NCBI RefSeq assembly: GCF_019049755.1
Contig: NZ_JAFMOS010000639.1
Span: 13,747-37,746, forward strand
Source: Rahnella perminowiae
Lineage (GTDB): Bacteria; Pseudomonadota; Gammaproteobacteria; Enterobacterales; Enterobacteriaceae
Direction of reading: 5' to 3'
DNA: 24,000 nt
The notes under the pieces were generated by a model. It had not been told where the DNA came from and did no database searches. It saw nothing but the letters and a program-made list of their open reading frames with translations. Each line of letters starts with the position of its first letter. Position 1 is the first letter of the stretch. The translations under genes and the position numbers were made by a program. Positions 8,001 through 15,851 of the stretch are shown piece by piece.

Positions 8001-9338
8001 TCAATGTCCGTCAACAAATGCGATTTTCAGCACAAACAGCAGGGCGACAACGACCACACACGGACTGATTTCTTTCCAGCGACCGGTACCCAGTTTCATT
8101 ACCACGTAAGAGATGAAACCCAGCGCGATACCTTCGGTGATCGAGAAGCTGAACGGCATCATCACCGCCGTCACGAATGCCGGAACGGCTTCGGTCAGAT
8201 CATCCCATGAAACGCGTGCGAGACTGGAGGTCATCAGCACGCCCACATAAATCAGGGCACCGGCAGCCGCGTATTCCGGCACCATACCTGCGAGCGGAGA
8301 AATGAAGATAACCAGCAGGAACAGCAAACCGGTGACGACTGCCGTCAGACCGGTACGCCCCCCGACAGAAACGCCGGAAGTGCTTTCAATGTAAGCGCCA
8401 ACCGAAGAGGTGCCGATAAAAGCGCCTGCGACAGACGAGATGCTGTCGACATACAAGGCCTGTTTCATCTGCGGGAATTTACCTTGCGCATCCGCCAGAC
8501 CCGCTTTGTCCGTCACACCGATGAGCGTGCCGGAGGAGTCAAACAGGTTCACCAGCATGAAGGAGAAAATGACGCCTGCCAGTCCGATATTCAGCGCACC
8601 TTTCAAATCCACCTGGCCGACGACCGTAGTGATGCTCGGCGGCATCGACCAGAAACCGGTGTAATGCACGTCGCCGATCATCAGACCAATGACTGTCGTG
8701 ACAATAATCGACACCAGTACCGAGGCGTGAAAATTGCGCGATGCCAGCACGGCAATAATGAAGAAGCCCAACACGCCGAGCAGCACGTTGTGTGAGGTCA
8801 GGTTTCCGATGGTCACGATGGTGTCAGGGTTCGGGACGATAATACCGGCGTTTTTCAGCCCCATCATGCCAATAAACAGCCCGATACCGGCGGTGATACC
8901 CACGCGCAGACTGACCGGGATGTTTGCAATCATCCAGTAACGGATGCGGAAAATGGTCAGCAGCAGCAAACCCACGGCACCCCAGAAAATCGCGCCCATC
9001 CCGATCTGCCAGGAAACGCCCATCGCGCCCACCACCACAAAAGCAAAGAACGCATTCAGACCCATCGCCGGTGCCAGAGCGACCGGAAGGTTGGCGATCA
9101 CGCCCATCAGGATGCTGCCGAACGCGGCAATCAGACAGGTGGTCACGAACACGGCCTGTTTATCCATGCCCGCGACGCCGAGAATTTGCGGGTTCACGAA
9201 AACAATGTAGACCATGGTCAGAAAGGTGGTTAAACCGGCGATAGTTTCGGTGCGTACGGTGGTGCCGTGCTGCGTCAGTTTAAACAGACGTTCGGCCAGT
9301 CCTTTACCCGCAGTCGCATTGCTCTGTGGTGTGCTCAT
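8001..9338 (-). CDS. adeP: Adenine permease AdeP (YieG/PurP), NCS2/AzgA family, 445 aa
   Basis: Same length as E. coli AdeP with long identical runs: 'FLTMVYIVFVNPQILGVAGMD', 'NLFDSSGTLIGVTDKAGLAD', 'MMPFSFSITEGIALGFISY'. Confidence 0.96.
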   Translation of the reverse strand: MSTPQSNATAGKGLAERLFKLTQHGTTVRTETIAGLTTFLTMVYIVFVNPQILGVAGMDKQAVFVTTCLIAAFGSILMGVIANLPVALAPAMGLNAFFAFVVVGAMGVSWQIGMGAIFWGAVGLLLLTIFRIRYWMIANIPVSLRVGITAGIGLFIGMMGLKNAGIIVPNPDTIVTIGNLTSHNVLLGVLGFFIIAVLASRNFHASVLVSIIVTTVIGLMIGDVHYTGFWSMPPSITTVVGQVDLKGALNIGLAGVIFSFMLVNLFDSSGTLIGVTDKAGLADAQGKFPQMKQALYVDSISSVAGAFIGTSSVGAYIESTSGVSVGGRTGLTAVVTGLLFLLVIFISPLAGMVPEYAAAGALIYVGVLMTSSLARVSWDDLTEAVPAFVTAVMMPFSFSITEGIALGFISYVVMKLGTGRWKEISPCVVVVALLFVLKIAFVDGH

Positions 9339-9489
9339 TGGTGAGTTCCAAAATAGGGGAAAACAATCGGGGGGTATCCTAAGGATTTTAGCCCTAAAGC
9401 GCCAGCACTGGATGTATGGGATTAAATCTATCGTTGGGGTAGAGTGCCTGAATGCTTACCAATAGATGAAGTGTTCACAGGGAGAAAGT

Positions 9490-10155
9490 ATGTCACAGGT
9501 TGAATGCGTCTTTTTTGATTGCGACGGTACGCTGGTAGACAGTGAATTATTGTGCTGCGAAGCCTATGTTGAGATGTTCGCGCATTTTGGCGTGACGGTT
9601 TCATTCGACGAAATGTATAGGAAATACAAGGGCGTTAAACTTTACGAAATCGTGGCTATCGTCAATAAAGAACACGGTATCGATGTGCCGAAAGAAGAGA
9701 TGGAAGTGGTGTTCCGCCAGCATGTTGCGCGGCTTTTCGACAGCAAACTTGAGCCGGTTGTCGGCGCGCATGAGTTACTCGAACAAATTACCGTGCCGAT
9801 GTGCGTTGTCTCCAACGGCCCGGTCACCAAAATGCAGCACTCTCTCGGGCTGACCGGCCTGCTCCCTTTTATGGGTGATAAACTGTTCAGTGGCTACGAT
9901 TTGCAGCGCTGGAAACCTGATCCTGCCGTATTGTACAAAGCCGCCGAGGTCATGAATGTGCCGGTGGAAAACTGCATTCTGGTTGAAGATTCCGTGGCGG
10001 GTGCCCAGGCCGGGATCACTGCCGGTATTCCGGTCTTTTATTACTGCGCCGATCCGCATAATCCTCCGCTCGATCACCCGCTGGTCATCACTTTTCACGA
10101 CATGAACGAACTGCCGGAGATCTGGCGTCAGATGGGATATAAGATCACGCGCTGA
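9490..10155 (+). CDS. yieH: HAD-family phosphatase YieH (6-phosphogluconate phosphatase in E. coli), 221 aa
   Basis: ORF 9466..10155 trimmed to the ATG at 9490 (SD AGGGAGAA). 'VFFDCDGTLVDSE' is HAD motif I. 'CVVSNGP', 'KLFSGYDLQRWKPDP' and 'VEDSVAGAQAG' are also present. The 221-aa length equals E. coli YieH. Confidence 0.93.
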   Translation: MSQVECVFFDCDGTLVDSELLCCEAYVEMFAHFGVTVSFDEMYRKYKGVKLYEIVAIVNKEHGIDVPKEEMEVVFRQHVARLFDSKLEPVVGAHELLEQITVPMCVVSNGPVTKMQHSLGLTGLLPFMGDKLFSGYDLQRWKPDPAVLYKAAEVMNVPVENCILVEDSVAGAQAGITAGIPVFYYCADPHNPPLDHPLVITFHDMNELPEIWRQMGYKITR

Positions 10156-11812
10156 AAGGCTTATTCAGACATTGCATAAAGCTTGCGTGGGTGGTCAGTC
10201 CGAGCAGTTGCGCACTCTCGCAACCGTTCAGTGCATCAGCAAGATGGCTGAACATTTTTAATTCCTGCCGCCCTCTTGCATTCACACATACCACCAGGAC
10301 GTTCTGTACCCGCTGACTTTCAATCAGCAGCGGGTTTTCCAGATGGACAAAAATACCGATAAAAGGCTGATCGCGCTGCCCGGAACAATGCGGCACAGCC
10401 AGATGATTAATGATCAGGTTTTCGCCCTGCGCTTCCCGCGCCACAATAAGCTCCGCCTCAGCGACGGTCAGCGCATCGCACAGGACAAGATGCTGGCAAA
10501 TTCCGCTGATCACCTTTTGCCAATTATCCTGCGGCGCATTCGCGTAAGTAAAAGACAGACTCTCCGGGAAACAGACAGCGCTGTGCTGGTACAGCATCAG
10601 TCCAGCCAGCCTGACACGCAGCTGTTCCAGTTCACGATGTCCGACTAATTCACTGACAGACCATACCGCCGTCGCATTCTCCATCGCCGGATATTGACGG
10701 TGATTATTGAGTACCAGCGCAACAGGCTGATGAAGCAGGCTGGCAAGTAGCTGTTCCGGATGCGTGGCGATAATCACATTCACACCGCTGATCTCCCGCT
10801 CGATAATTTCTTTATTAAGCGTCGCCATAGACAAATATTCACTGTAAACCACCAGATTCAGCACGGCAGATTGCGTCCGTTCCAGCGCACAGGCGAAATA
10901 TAATCCTGCCCAGTCGTCGTCATAAAACTCGATCTTCAGGCTCTGATTCAATTCGCGTACAAAAGACAAACTGAGGTCAAATGCCTGAGGATAGGTCGTT
11001 TTGATTTTACGAAAATCATGCAACGGCGCGACAGGCAGAATCGTCGGGCAGGCCACCGAGCGCTTAATATGGTCGGTCAGCTGACCAACCAGTTCCTCAT
11101 CGATAAGCCCCGGCAACGGCGTTGCGACGCGCGTTAACACCGTGCGGATAGCCTCGGGTGTAATGCCGGAAAGCTTGTGCCGCAAGGGTTGCAGAATCTT
11201 CACCACCGAAAGGTGGGTTGCGGGCAGATATTCCACCGCCAGCCCCAGCGCCGCCAGAAAGAGCGGCGTACCGAAAGGATAATCCAGTGTGGTTAACAGT
11301 GAGCGGGCAGACACAATGCGCGCACTGAAGGCATGCGCGCAATGTTCGCCACAACAGGCGGGGTTGCGGATAATCAGGTTCGCCAGCAATAAAACTTTTT
11401 GCCGGTCGTCGAGCAGAAGCGAATGACCATGTTTTGGCCGTGAGCCTATCAGCGGCTGCGTTCGGGATTTCTTGCGCACTGCGCTGATGAGATCGATGAC
11501 GGCAGATTTACTCAGACGGAGTTTATCAGCCAGTGCTCCCAGTGGCAGACAGGCATTAAAGATCAGAGCCAGAAAGAGCGCGTCCTCCGCATTCCCCAGC
11601 AGACGCTCTATGTCACGCCCTTCTTCGACTAAAAGCTGATAACCCTCTGCGCCGGAGATAATTTTACCAGCTGCGCCCAGCCGGTAATTAATGTAGTCAA
11701 TATCCCGCAACAGGGTACGCACGGAAATACGTGCGCACCTTGCCAGTGCCTGACCGCTGATCCGCTGGTGGCTGAGCGCGGATAAAATCTCTTTCTGTCG
11801 TGGATTCAACAT
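10145..11812 (-). CDS. frvR: FrvR-like transcriptional regulator: N-terminal HTH, central PRD-like region, C-terminal PTS EIIA(type 2)-like domain (~555 aa)
   Basis: 'RTLLRDIDYINYRL', 'AGLYFACALER' and 'NLIINHLAVPHC' parallel E. coli FrvR as I remember it. The start is set to the ATG at 11812 ('MLNPRQKEIL', GGAG 9 nt upstream) rather than the GTG at 11827. It is last in an frvA-B-X-R gene order. Confidence 0.8.
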   Translation of the reverse strand: MLNPRQKEILSALSHQRISGQALARCARISVRTLLRDIDYINYRLGAAGKIISGAEGYQLLVEEGRDIERLLGNAEDALFLALIFNACLPLGALADKLRLSKSAVIDLISAVRKKSRTQPLIGSRPKHGHSLLLDDRQKVLLLANLIIRNPACCGEHCAHAFSARIVSARSLLTTLDYPFGTPLFLAALGLAVEYLPATHLSVVKILQPLRHKLSGITPEAIRTVLTRVATPLPGLIDEELVGQLTDHIKRSVACPTILPVAPLHDFRKIKTTYPQAFDLSLSFVRELNQSLKIEFYDDDWAGLYFACALERTQSAVLNLVVYSEYLSMATLNKEIIEREISGVNVIIATHPEQLLASLLHQPVALVLNNHRQYPAMENATAVWSVSELVGHRELEQLRVRLAGLMLYQHSAVCFPESLSFTYANAPQDNWQKVISGICQHLVLCDALTVAEAELIVAREAQGENLIINHLAVPHCSGQRDQPFIGIFVHLENPLLIESQRVQNVLVVCVNARGRQELKMFSHLADALNGCESAQLLGLTTHASFMQCLNKPFSA

Positions 11813-11833
11813 CCCTGAGTTCTCCACAGCCCG

Positions 11834-12913
11834 TCAGCCGATAAATTGCGTCACCTGCTGATGAACGTCCTGTCCGTAATGATTTACCAGTGAAACGACC
11901 AGACGGATCAGCATGTTATAATCCGCAGCACAAATCACTGAGGCGTTTGCATGCAGATAGCGTGTCGGCAGACACAATGCAATCACCGGCCTTCCGCCGC
12001 CCATAACGTTATAACGCCCGCCATCCGTTGCGCCGGTTTTGAGTGTGCAAAACTGCAAATCAATACCCATTTCTGCTGCGGTATTCTTCACAAGCTGCGT
12101 TAATTTACGGTGAGCAATGTAACGCTTATCGAATAAAGAAATGGCTGGCCCTGCGCCGAGTTTCAGGGGAAAGGCGACAGGACAGAGGCCCGGTGTATCA
12201 CCCGCCACCAGGGTGTCTATCACAATCGCGATATCAGGTTTCACGGCTTCCGCTGACGTCTGCGCACCGCGCAACCCAACTTCCTCCTGCACCGTCGCCA
12301 CGGCATAAAGCTGGATATCCGGGTTCTGGCACTGGCGGAAAATCTCCGCCACTACGGCGCAGCCCGCACGGTTATCCAATGCTTTTGCCATAATGCCGTC
12401 ATCACCAAACGTGCTGAAGAAGGGCTCAGGGCAAATAAAATCTCCCACCGCCACGCCACGCTCTCTGACCTGTTCTGCCGACGCCGCGCCAATATCAATG
12501 AAAATTTTTTCTATTTTCACGGGATGGCATTTATCTTCCTCCGTCAGTGCATGAGGTGAGACCGAGCCGATAATGCCGGGGATTTTTTCCCCGCTGGCGG
12601 TTTTTATTTCCACACGCTGATTGAGCATACTCTGGTTCCACCACGAACCGACGGTATCAAAGTAAATGAAGCCTTCCGCATTGATATGCTTAACAATAAA
12701 TCCCACTTCGTCCATATGCGCGATCAACGCGACCTTCGGCCCGCGCGTACCTTTACGGGCGATAAAACTTCCCAGGCCGTCAAAAGTAATTTCCCCTGCG
12801 TGAGGTTTGACGGCCTGATACAGGATTTCACGGATTTCCTGTTCATCACCGCTGACGCCGGAGGCCAGTGCCAGTTTTTCCAGTAAACCGTCTTTTAAAA
12901 TGTCAGATCGCAT
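11834..12913 (-). CDS. frvX: M42-family metallo-aminopeptidase (FrvX-like), 359 aa
   Basis: 'AHMDEVGFIV' metal-binding motif, 'ALDNRAGCAV', 'VQEEVGLRGA'. Size and position match E. coli FrvX. The ATG overlaps the frvB stop (ATGCGATCTGA). Confidence 0.88.
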   Translation of the reverse strand: MRSDILKDGLLEKLALASGVSGDEQEIREILYQAVKPHAGEITFDGLGSFIARKGTRGPKVALIAHMDEVGFIVKHINAEGFIYFDTVGSWWNQSMLNQRVEIKTASGEKIPGIIGSVSPHALTEEDKCHPVKIEKIFIDIGAASAEQVRERGVAVGDFICPEPFFSTFGDDGIMAKALDNRAGCAVVAEIFRQCQNPDIQLYAVATVQEEVGLRGAQTSAEAVKPDIAIVIDTLVAGDTPGLCPVAFPLKLGAGPAISLFDKRYIAHRKLTQLVKNTAAEMGIDLQFCTLKTGATDGGRYNVMGGGRPVIALCLPTRYLHANASVICAADYNMLIRLVVSLVNHYGQDVHQQVTQFIG

Positions 12914-14348
12914 CTGTTGCTGTCCTTAACGTCTGGCGCTTCATCCACCAGTTTTTGAAAATAACGATGAAGGCCACGTTGAGCAGCAGCCCGATACCTA
13001 GCACCAGATAAAAGCTGTACCACGGCGACATCAGACCAATCAGCGGATCGAAAACCCCAAGTCCGGGTGCCAGCCGCCGGAGACCAAAGACCATCACCAG
13101 CATTCCGGCAATGCCGCCGCTCAGCGTGTTGGCAGTGATCATCGGCAGAGGAGCCGCAAGTGCATAGGGAATAGCCGGTTCGGTGGCTACCGTGGCGCCT
13201 ACCACCAGCGTGCTGACCGCAGCACCCCGCTCCTGTTCGGTAAACAGACGAGGGGCGAGAAATGTCGCCAGTGCGGCAGACATCGGCGGCATCAGCGCGA
13301 CCACACCGACAATGGCATACCAGTCATAAATGCCTTTATCGAGCAGTGAAAAACAGAAAAACCACGCTGTTTTGTTGACCGGCCCGCCCATGTCAAACGC
13401 CAGCATCGCGCCGACCAGACAGGCTGCGCCGAGTTTCATCGACATCGGGATGGTATTGAGCAGATGCAGCAGGAGTTCCATCATGCCGGCCATGACGGGC
13501 CCGATCAGGTAATAAGTCAGCAGGCCAAACAGCGCCAATGTCACGAACGGGATCAGCATTGAGCCGAGCAATGGCTGAAGTGAATTTCCAAGTCGGACTT
13601 TACGCAATGCACGGACGAAATAGCCGATGCTTAACCCGAGGACCACCGCGCCGAGAAAACCTGCGCCGGAACTGGTGCCCAGAATCGCGCTGTCATTGGC
13701 CAGATAACTGACCAGGAAGGCCGGGGCAAACGCCGGTTTATCGCCTACCGAACTGGCAATGTACGCACCCATTACCGGGATCATGAATTTGAACCCCAGA
13801 TAACCGATGGATTCCACAATCCAGGTAAAGGATGGCGAAACGTCATTGCCCTGCGCAATATATGGCAACCCCATCTGCACCAGCATATTGGCCAGCGCCA
13901 CCAGCAATCCCCCGCCGATCACAAACGGTAAAGCTGCTGAGACACCCGCCATCAGATGATTCATGATGCTGTCGGCTTTCACCGGCTGCTGACCAAGCCT
14001 GACGCCGGATGCCTCCTTCATTAACATTGCTTTTTCTTCCAGCGTGTTGAAGACAAGCGGAATGTTTTTCAGCGCGTCAGAAATTTTCATTTCCAGTACG
14101 CGTTTTCCGGCAAAGCGACGGCGATCGTCTTCACTGAGGGTTCTGCCCAGCGCCAGAATGACAAAATCTGCGGCCTCAATCTCCTGCGCGGTCAGTGTAT
14201 TTTCCACGCCGCTGGCGCCCTGCGTTTCAACTTTAATATCGTGTCCCAGCGAACGGGCTTTTCTTTCCAGTGCCTCAGCCACCATATAAGTATGCGCAAT
14301 ACCCGCCGGGCAGTTGGTCACGGCGACCAGTCTCCAATTGTTTTCCAT
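12903..14348 (-). CDS. frvB: PTS fructose-family EIIBC component (FrvB-like), 481 aa
   Basis: N-terminal EIIB with active-site Cys 'VTNCPAGIAHTYM', followed by a polytopic EIIC. AGGA lies 9 nt upstream of the ATG. Confidence 0.9.
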   Translation of the reverse strand: MENNWRLVAVTNCPAGIAHTYMVAEALERKARSLGHDIKVETQGASGVENTLTAQEIEAADFVILALGRTLSEDDRRRFAGKRVLEMKISDALKNIPLVFNTLEEKAMLMKEASGVRLGQQPVKADSIMNHLMAGVSAALPFVIGGGLLVALANMLVQMGLPYIAQGNDVSPSFTWIVESIGYLGFKFMIPVMGAYIASSVGDKPAFAPAFLVSYLANDSAILGTSSGAGFLGAVVLGLSIGYFVRALRKVRLGNSLQPLLGSMLIPFVTLALFGLLTYYLIGPVMAGMMELLLHLLNTIPMSMKLGAACLVGAMLAFDMGGPVNKTAWFFCFSLLDKGIYDWYAIVGVVALMPPMSAALATFLAPRLFTEQERGAAVSTLVVGATVATEPAIPYALAAPLPMITANTLSGGIAGMLVMVFGLRRLAPGLGVFDPLIGLMSPWYSFYLVLGIGLLLNVAFIVIFKNWWMKRQTLRTATDAI

Positions 14349-14361
14349 TGCCGACGTCCTG

Positions 14362-14820
14362 TCAGGAAATAGCGTTGAAAATCAGCTCAACAATGCCGTG
14401 TTCATCACGGGTTTTGAGTGCTGCGATAAAATCTGGATTGACCATTTTCCGACACAGTTTAGACAGTAACAACGTGTCGGCGTCTGAACCATTTTCGGGG
14501 ATCATCAGACACAGCCAGCAGGAAACCGGCTCATCATCTGAGGCATTCCATGTGACCGGATGCGCAGTTCTGGCTACCAGAATACCGGGGGATGTGACAC
14601 AGGCAGAACGGGTATGCGGCAGCGCGACGCCGTCACCAAATCCAGTAGAGCCATGTAATTCACGCACGGTGAGTGCCTGCGCAAAAATTTTAGGATTGTT
14701 AATTTTTCCAAGGCCAGCGGCCATTTCGGCCAGCTCATGGAGGATTTCAGCCTGTGTACGGCCGCGAAGGGAAAGGTTTATCGCCTGAGAAGAGAAAAGC
14801 GTCATGATGAAAACATCCAT
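14362..14820 (-). CDS. frvA: PTS EIIA component, fructose/mannitol (type 2) family (FrvA-like), 147-152 aa
   Basis: 'GFGDGVALPHTRS' is the phosphorylatable-His motif. The start is uncertain (ATG 14820 or ATG 14805) because neither has a good SD. Confidence 0.85.
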   Translation of the reverse strand: MDVFIMTLFSSQAINLSLRGRTQAEILHELAEMAAGLGKINNPKIFAQALTVRELHGSTGFGDGVALPHTRSACVTSPGILVARTAHPVTWNASDDEPVSCWLCLMIPENGSDADTLLLSKLCRKMVNPDFIAALKTRDEHGIVELIFNAIS

Positions 14821-14868
14821 GTGAGAACAGGGTTTTCAGTATAAACAAAGCGCAGTGGGCGAATGATC

Positions 14869-14901
14869 GCCAATATGTCACGTCAGGAATGACATATTGG
14901 C
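14869..14901. repeat. Perfect 12-bp inverted repeat with 9-bp spacer between the dehydratase-like gene and frvA (operator or U-less terminator)
   Basis: GCCAATATGTCA-cgtcaggaa-TGACATATTGGC, read directly. It starts 7 nt after the stop at 14908 and lies ~50 nt upstream of frvA. No U tract follows on the minus strand. Confidence 0.6.
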
Positions 14902-14907
14902 AATGAA

Positions 14908-15741
14908 TCAGTTTTCAGAGGCGGACGGATCGTAAGCCTGCATCCGCTTTTCCAGCTCAGTCAGGGAGCGCAGGCCATCGGCCAGTGACAGGGTTTTATC
15001 ATTAAAGATTTCCAGTGACCACGGGCCCGTGAAACCTTTACGGTTCAGCGTGCTGACGAAATCTACCAGCGGTAAATCGCCCTGGCCGGGATAACAGCGG
15101 TAACTGCGGCTCCACTGCTGCACGTTCATGTTTTTAAACGGCGCATCGGCCAGTTGCAGGAAACTGATTTTTTCCAGCGGCACTTCATCCAGACGGTCCA
15201 GATTGTCACCCACCGCTAAAATATGAAAACTGTCGAGCACGATACCCAGCGCCGGGCTATTCACCTCGCGCACCCGATCCCACGCCTGACGGTAGCGGTT
15301 GATATGCTTCCCCCATGCCAGTGCTTCATAGCCAATGCGGATAGCATACGGCTGCGCCATTGCGGCCAGCGCCGCGAGATCGGCAATCTGTACCTCGCGC
15401 TCCGGCGAACTGGCGGGATCAGTATTGCTGCACACCAGTAAATGGTCGCATCCCAGTTCGCTCATCAGATCGAACTGACGGCGTGCGCTGGCAAGTTTTT
15501 CAACCCGCTTCTCCGCAGGCACCCCTTCGAAATCACGGAAAGGTTGCAGCAGGAAAATGCGCAGGCCGAGGGAATCGGCCAGGTTACGGATAGCCGCCGG
15601 TTTGACCGGACTTTTAAGTAAATCATCTTCGAATATCTCTACACCATCAAACCCTGCCGCCGCAATAGCAGTGAGTTTTTCTGGCAAAGTTCCTGGTACT
15701 GAAACTGTCGCAATAGAATGTAACCGGGTTGTTGCAGGCAA
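14908..15741 (-). CDS. Xylose-isomerase-like TIM-barrel protein resembling the N-terminal 3-dehydroshikimate dehydratase domain of QuiC1/QsuB (277 aa, TTG start)
   Basis: 'SIATVSVPGTLPEKLTAIAAAGFDGVEIFEDDL', 'LQPFRDFEG', 'IGYEALAWGKHIN', 'DSFHIL', 'FLQLADAP', 'YPGQGDLPL' and 'SLEIFND' align end to end with the QsuB/QuiC1 N-terminal domains as I recall them. A TTG start at 15741 is preceded by AAGGA at 7-nt spacing. Confidence 0.7.
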   Translation of the reverse strand: MPATTRLHSIATVSVPGTLPEKLTAIAAAGFDGVEIFEDDLLKSPVKPAAIRNLADSLGLRIFLLQPFRDFEGVPAEKRVEKLASARRQFDLMSELGCDHLLVCSNTDPASSPEREVQIADLAALAAMAQPYAIRIGYEALAWGKHINRYRQAWDRVREVNSPALGIVLDSFHILAVGDNLDRLDEVPLEKISFLQLADAPFKNMNVQQWSRSYRCYPGQGDLPLVDFVSTLNRKGFTGPWSLEIFNDKTLSLADGLRSLTELEKRMQAYDPSASEN

Positions 15742-15763
15742 AATGGCGTCCTTTAATTCAGGC

Positions 15764-15784
15764 TTCGATACTTACAGTAGTGAA
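15764..15784. promoter_or_regulatory. Candidate TetR operator (imperfect 21-bp palindrome) in the divergent promoter region
   Basis: TTCgaTACTtacAGTAgtGAA has 15/21 self-complementary positions. It lies 23 bp upstream of the dehydratase-like start codon. Confidence 0.3.
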
Positions 15785-15851
15785 CCCTCATGCCACGTTC
15801 GTCAAGTGCGGCGAAGTTGTATGAACGCACAGATTGTATCTGGACGAAGCA

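Noticed and set aside
9339-9489. Purine riboswitch or PurR box upstream of adeP
   Set aside because: No match to the purine-riboswitch core or to the ACGCAAACGTTTGCGT-type PurR box. Only trivial 5-bp palindromes (ATCCTaAGGAT) are present.
14270-14788. 172-aa ORF on the + strand, plus similar long antisense ORFs (507-848, 8484-8795, 8924-9244, 15753-16136, 22728-23225 and others)
   Set aside because: All lie entirely antisense to strongly supported conserved genes. They have low-complexity Arg/Ser/Pro-rich translations and no RBS or homology I recognise. They are typical shadow ORFs.
14821-14907. CRP or Cra site within the frvA upstream palindrome (TGTCA-N9-TGACA)
   Set aside because: The spacing (9 rather than 6) and half-site sequence do not fit the CRP consensus, and there is no GCTGAAACGTTTCA-like Cra motif. 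It is kept only as an unassigned inverted repeat.
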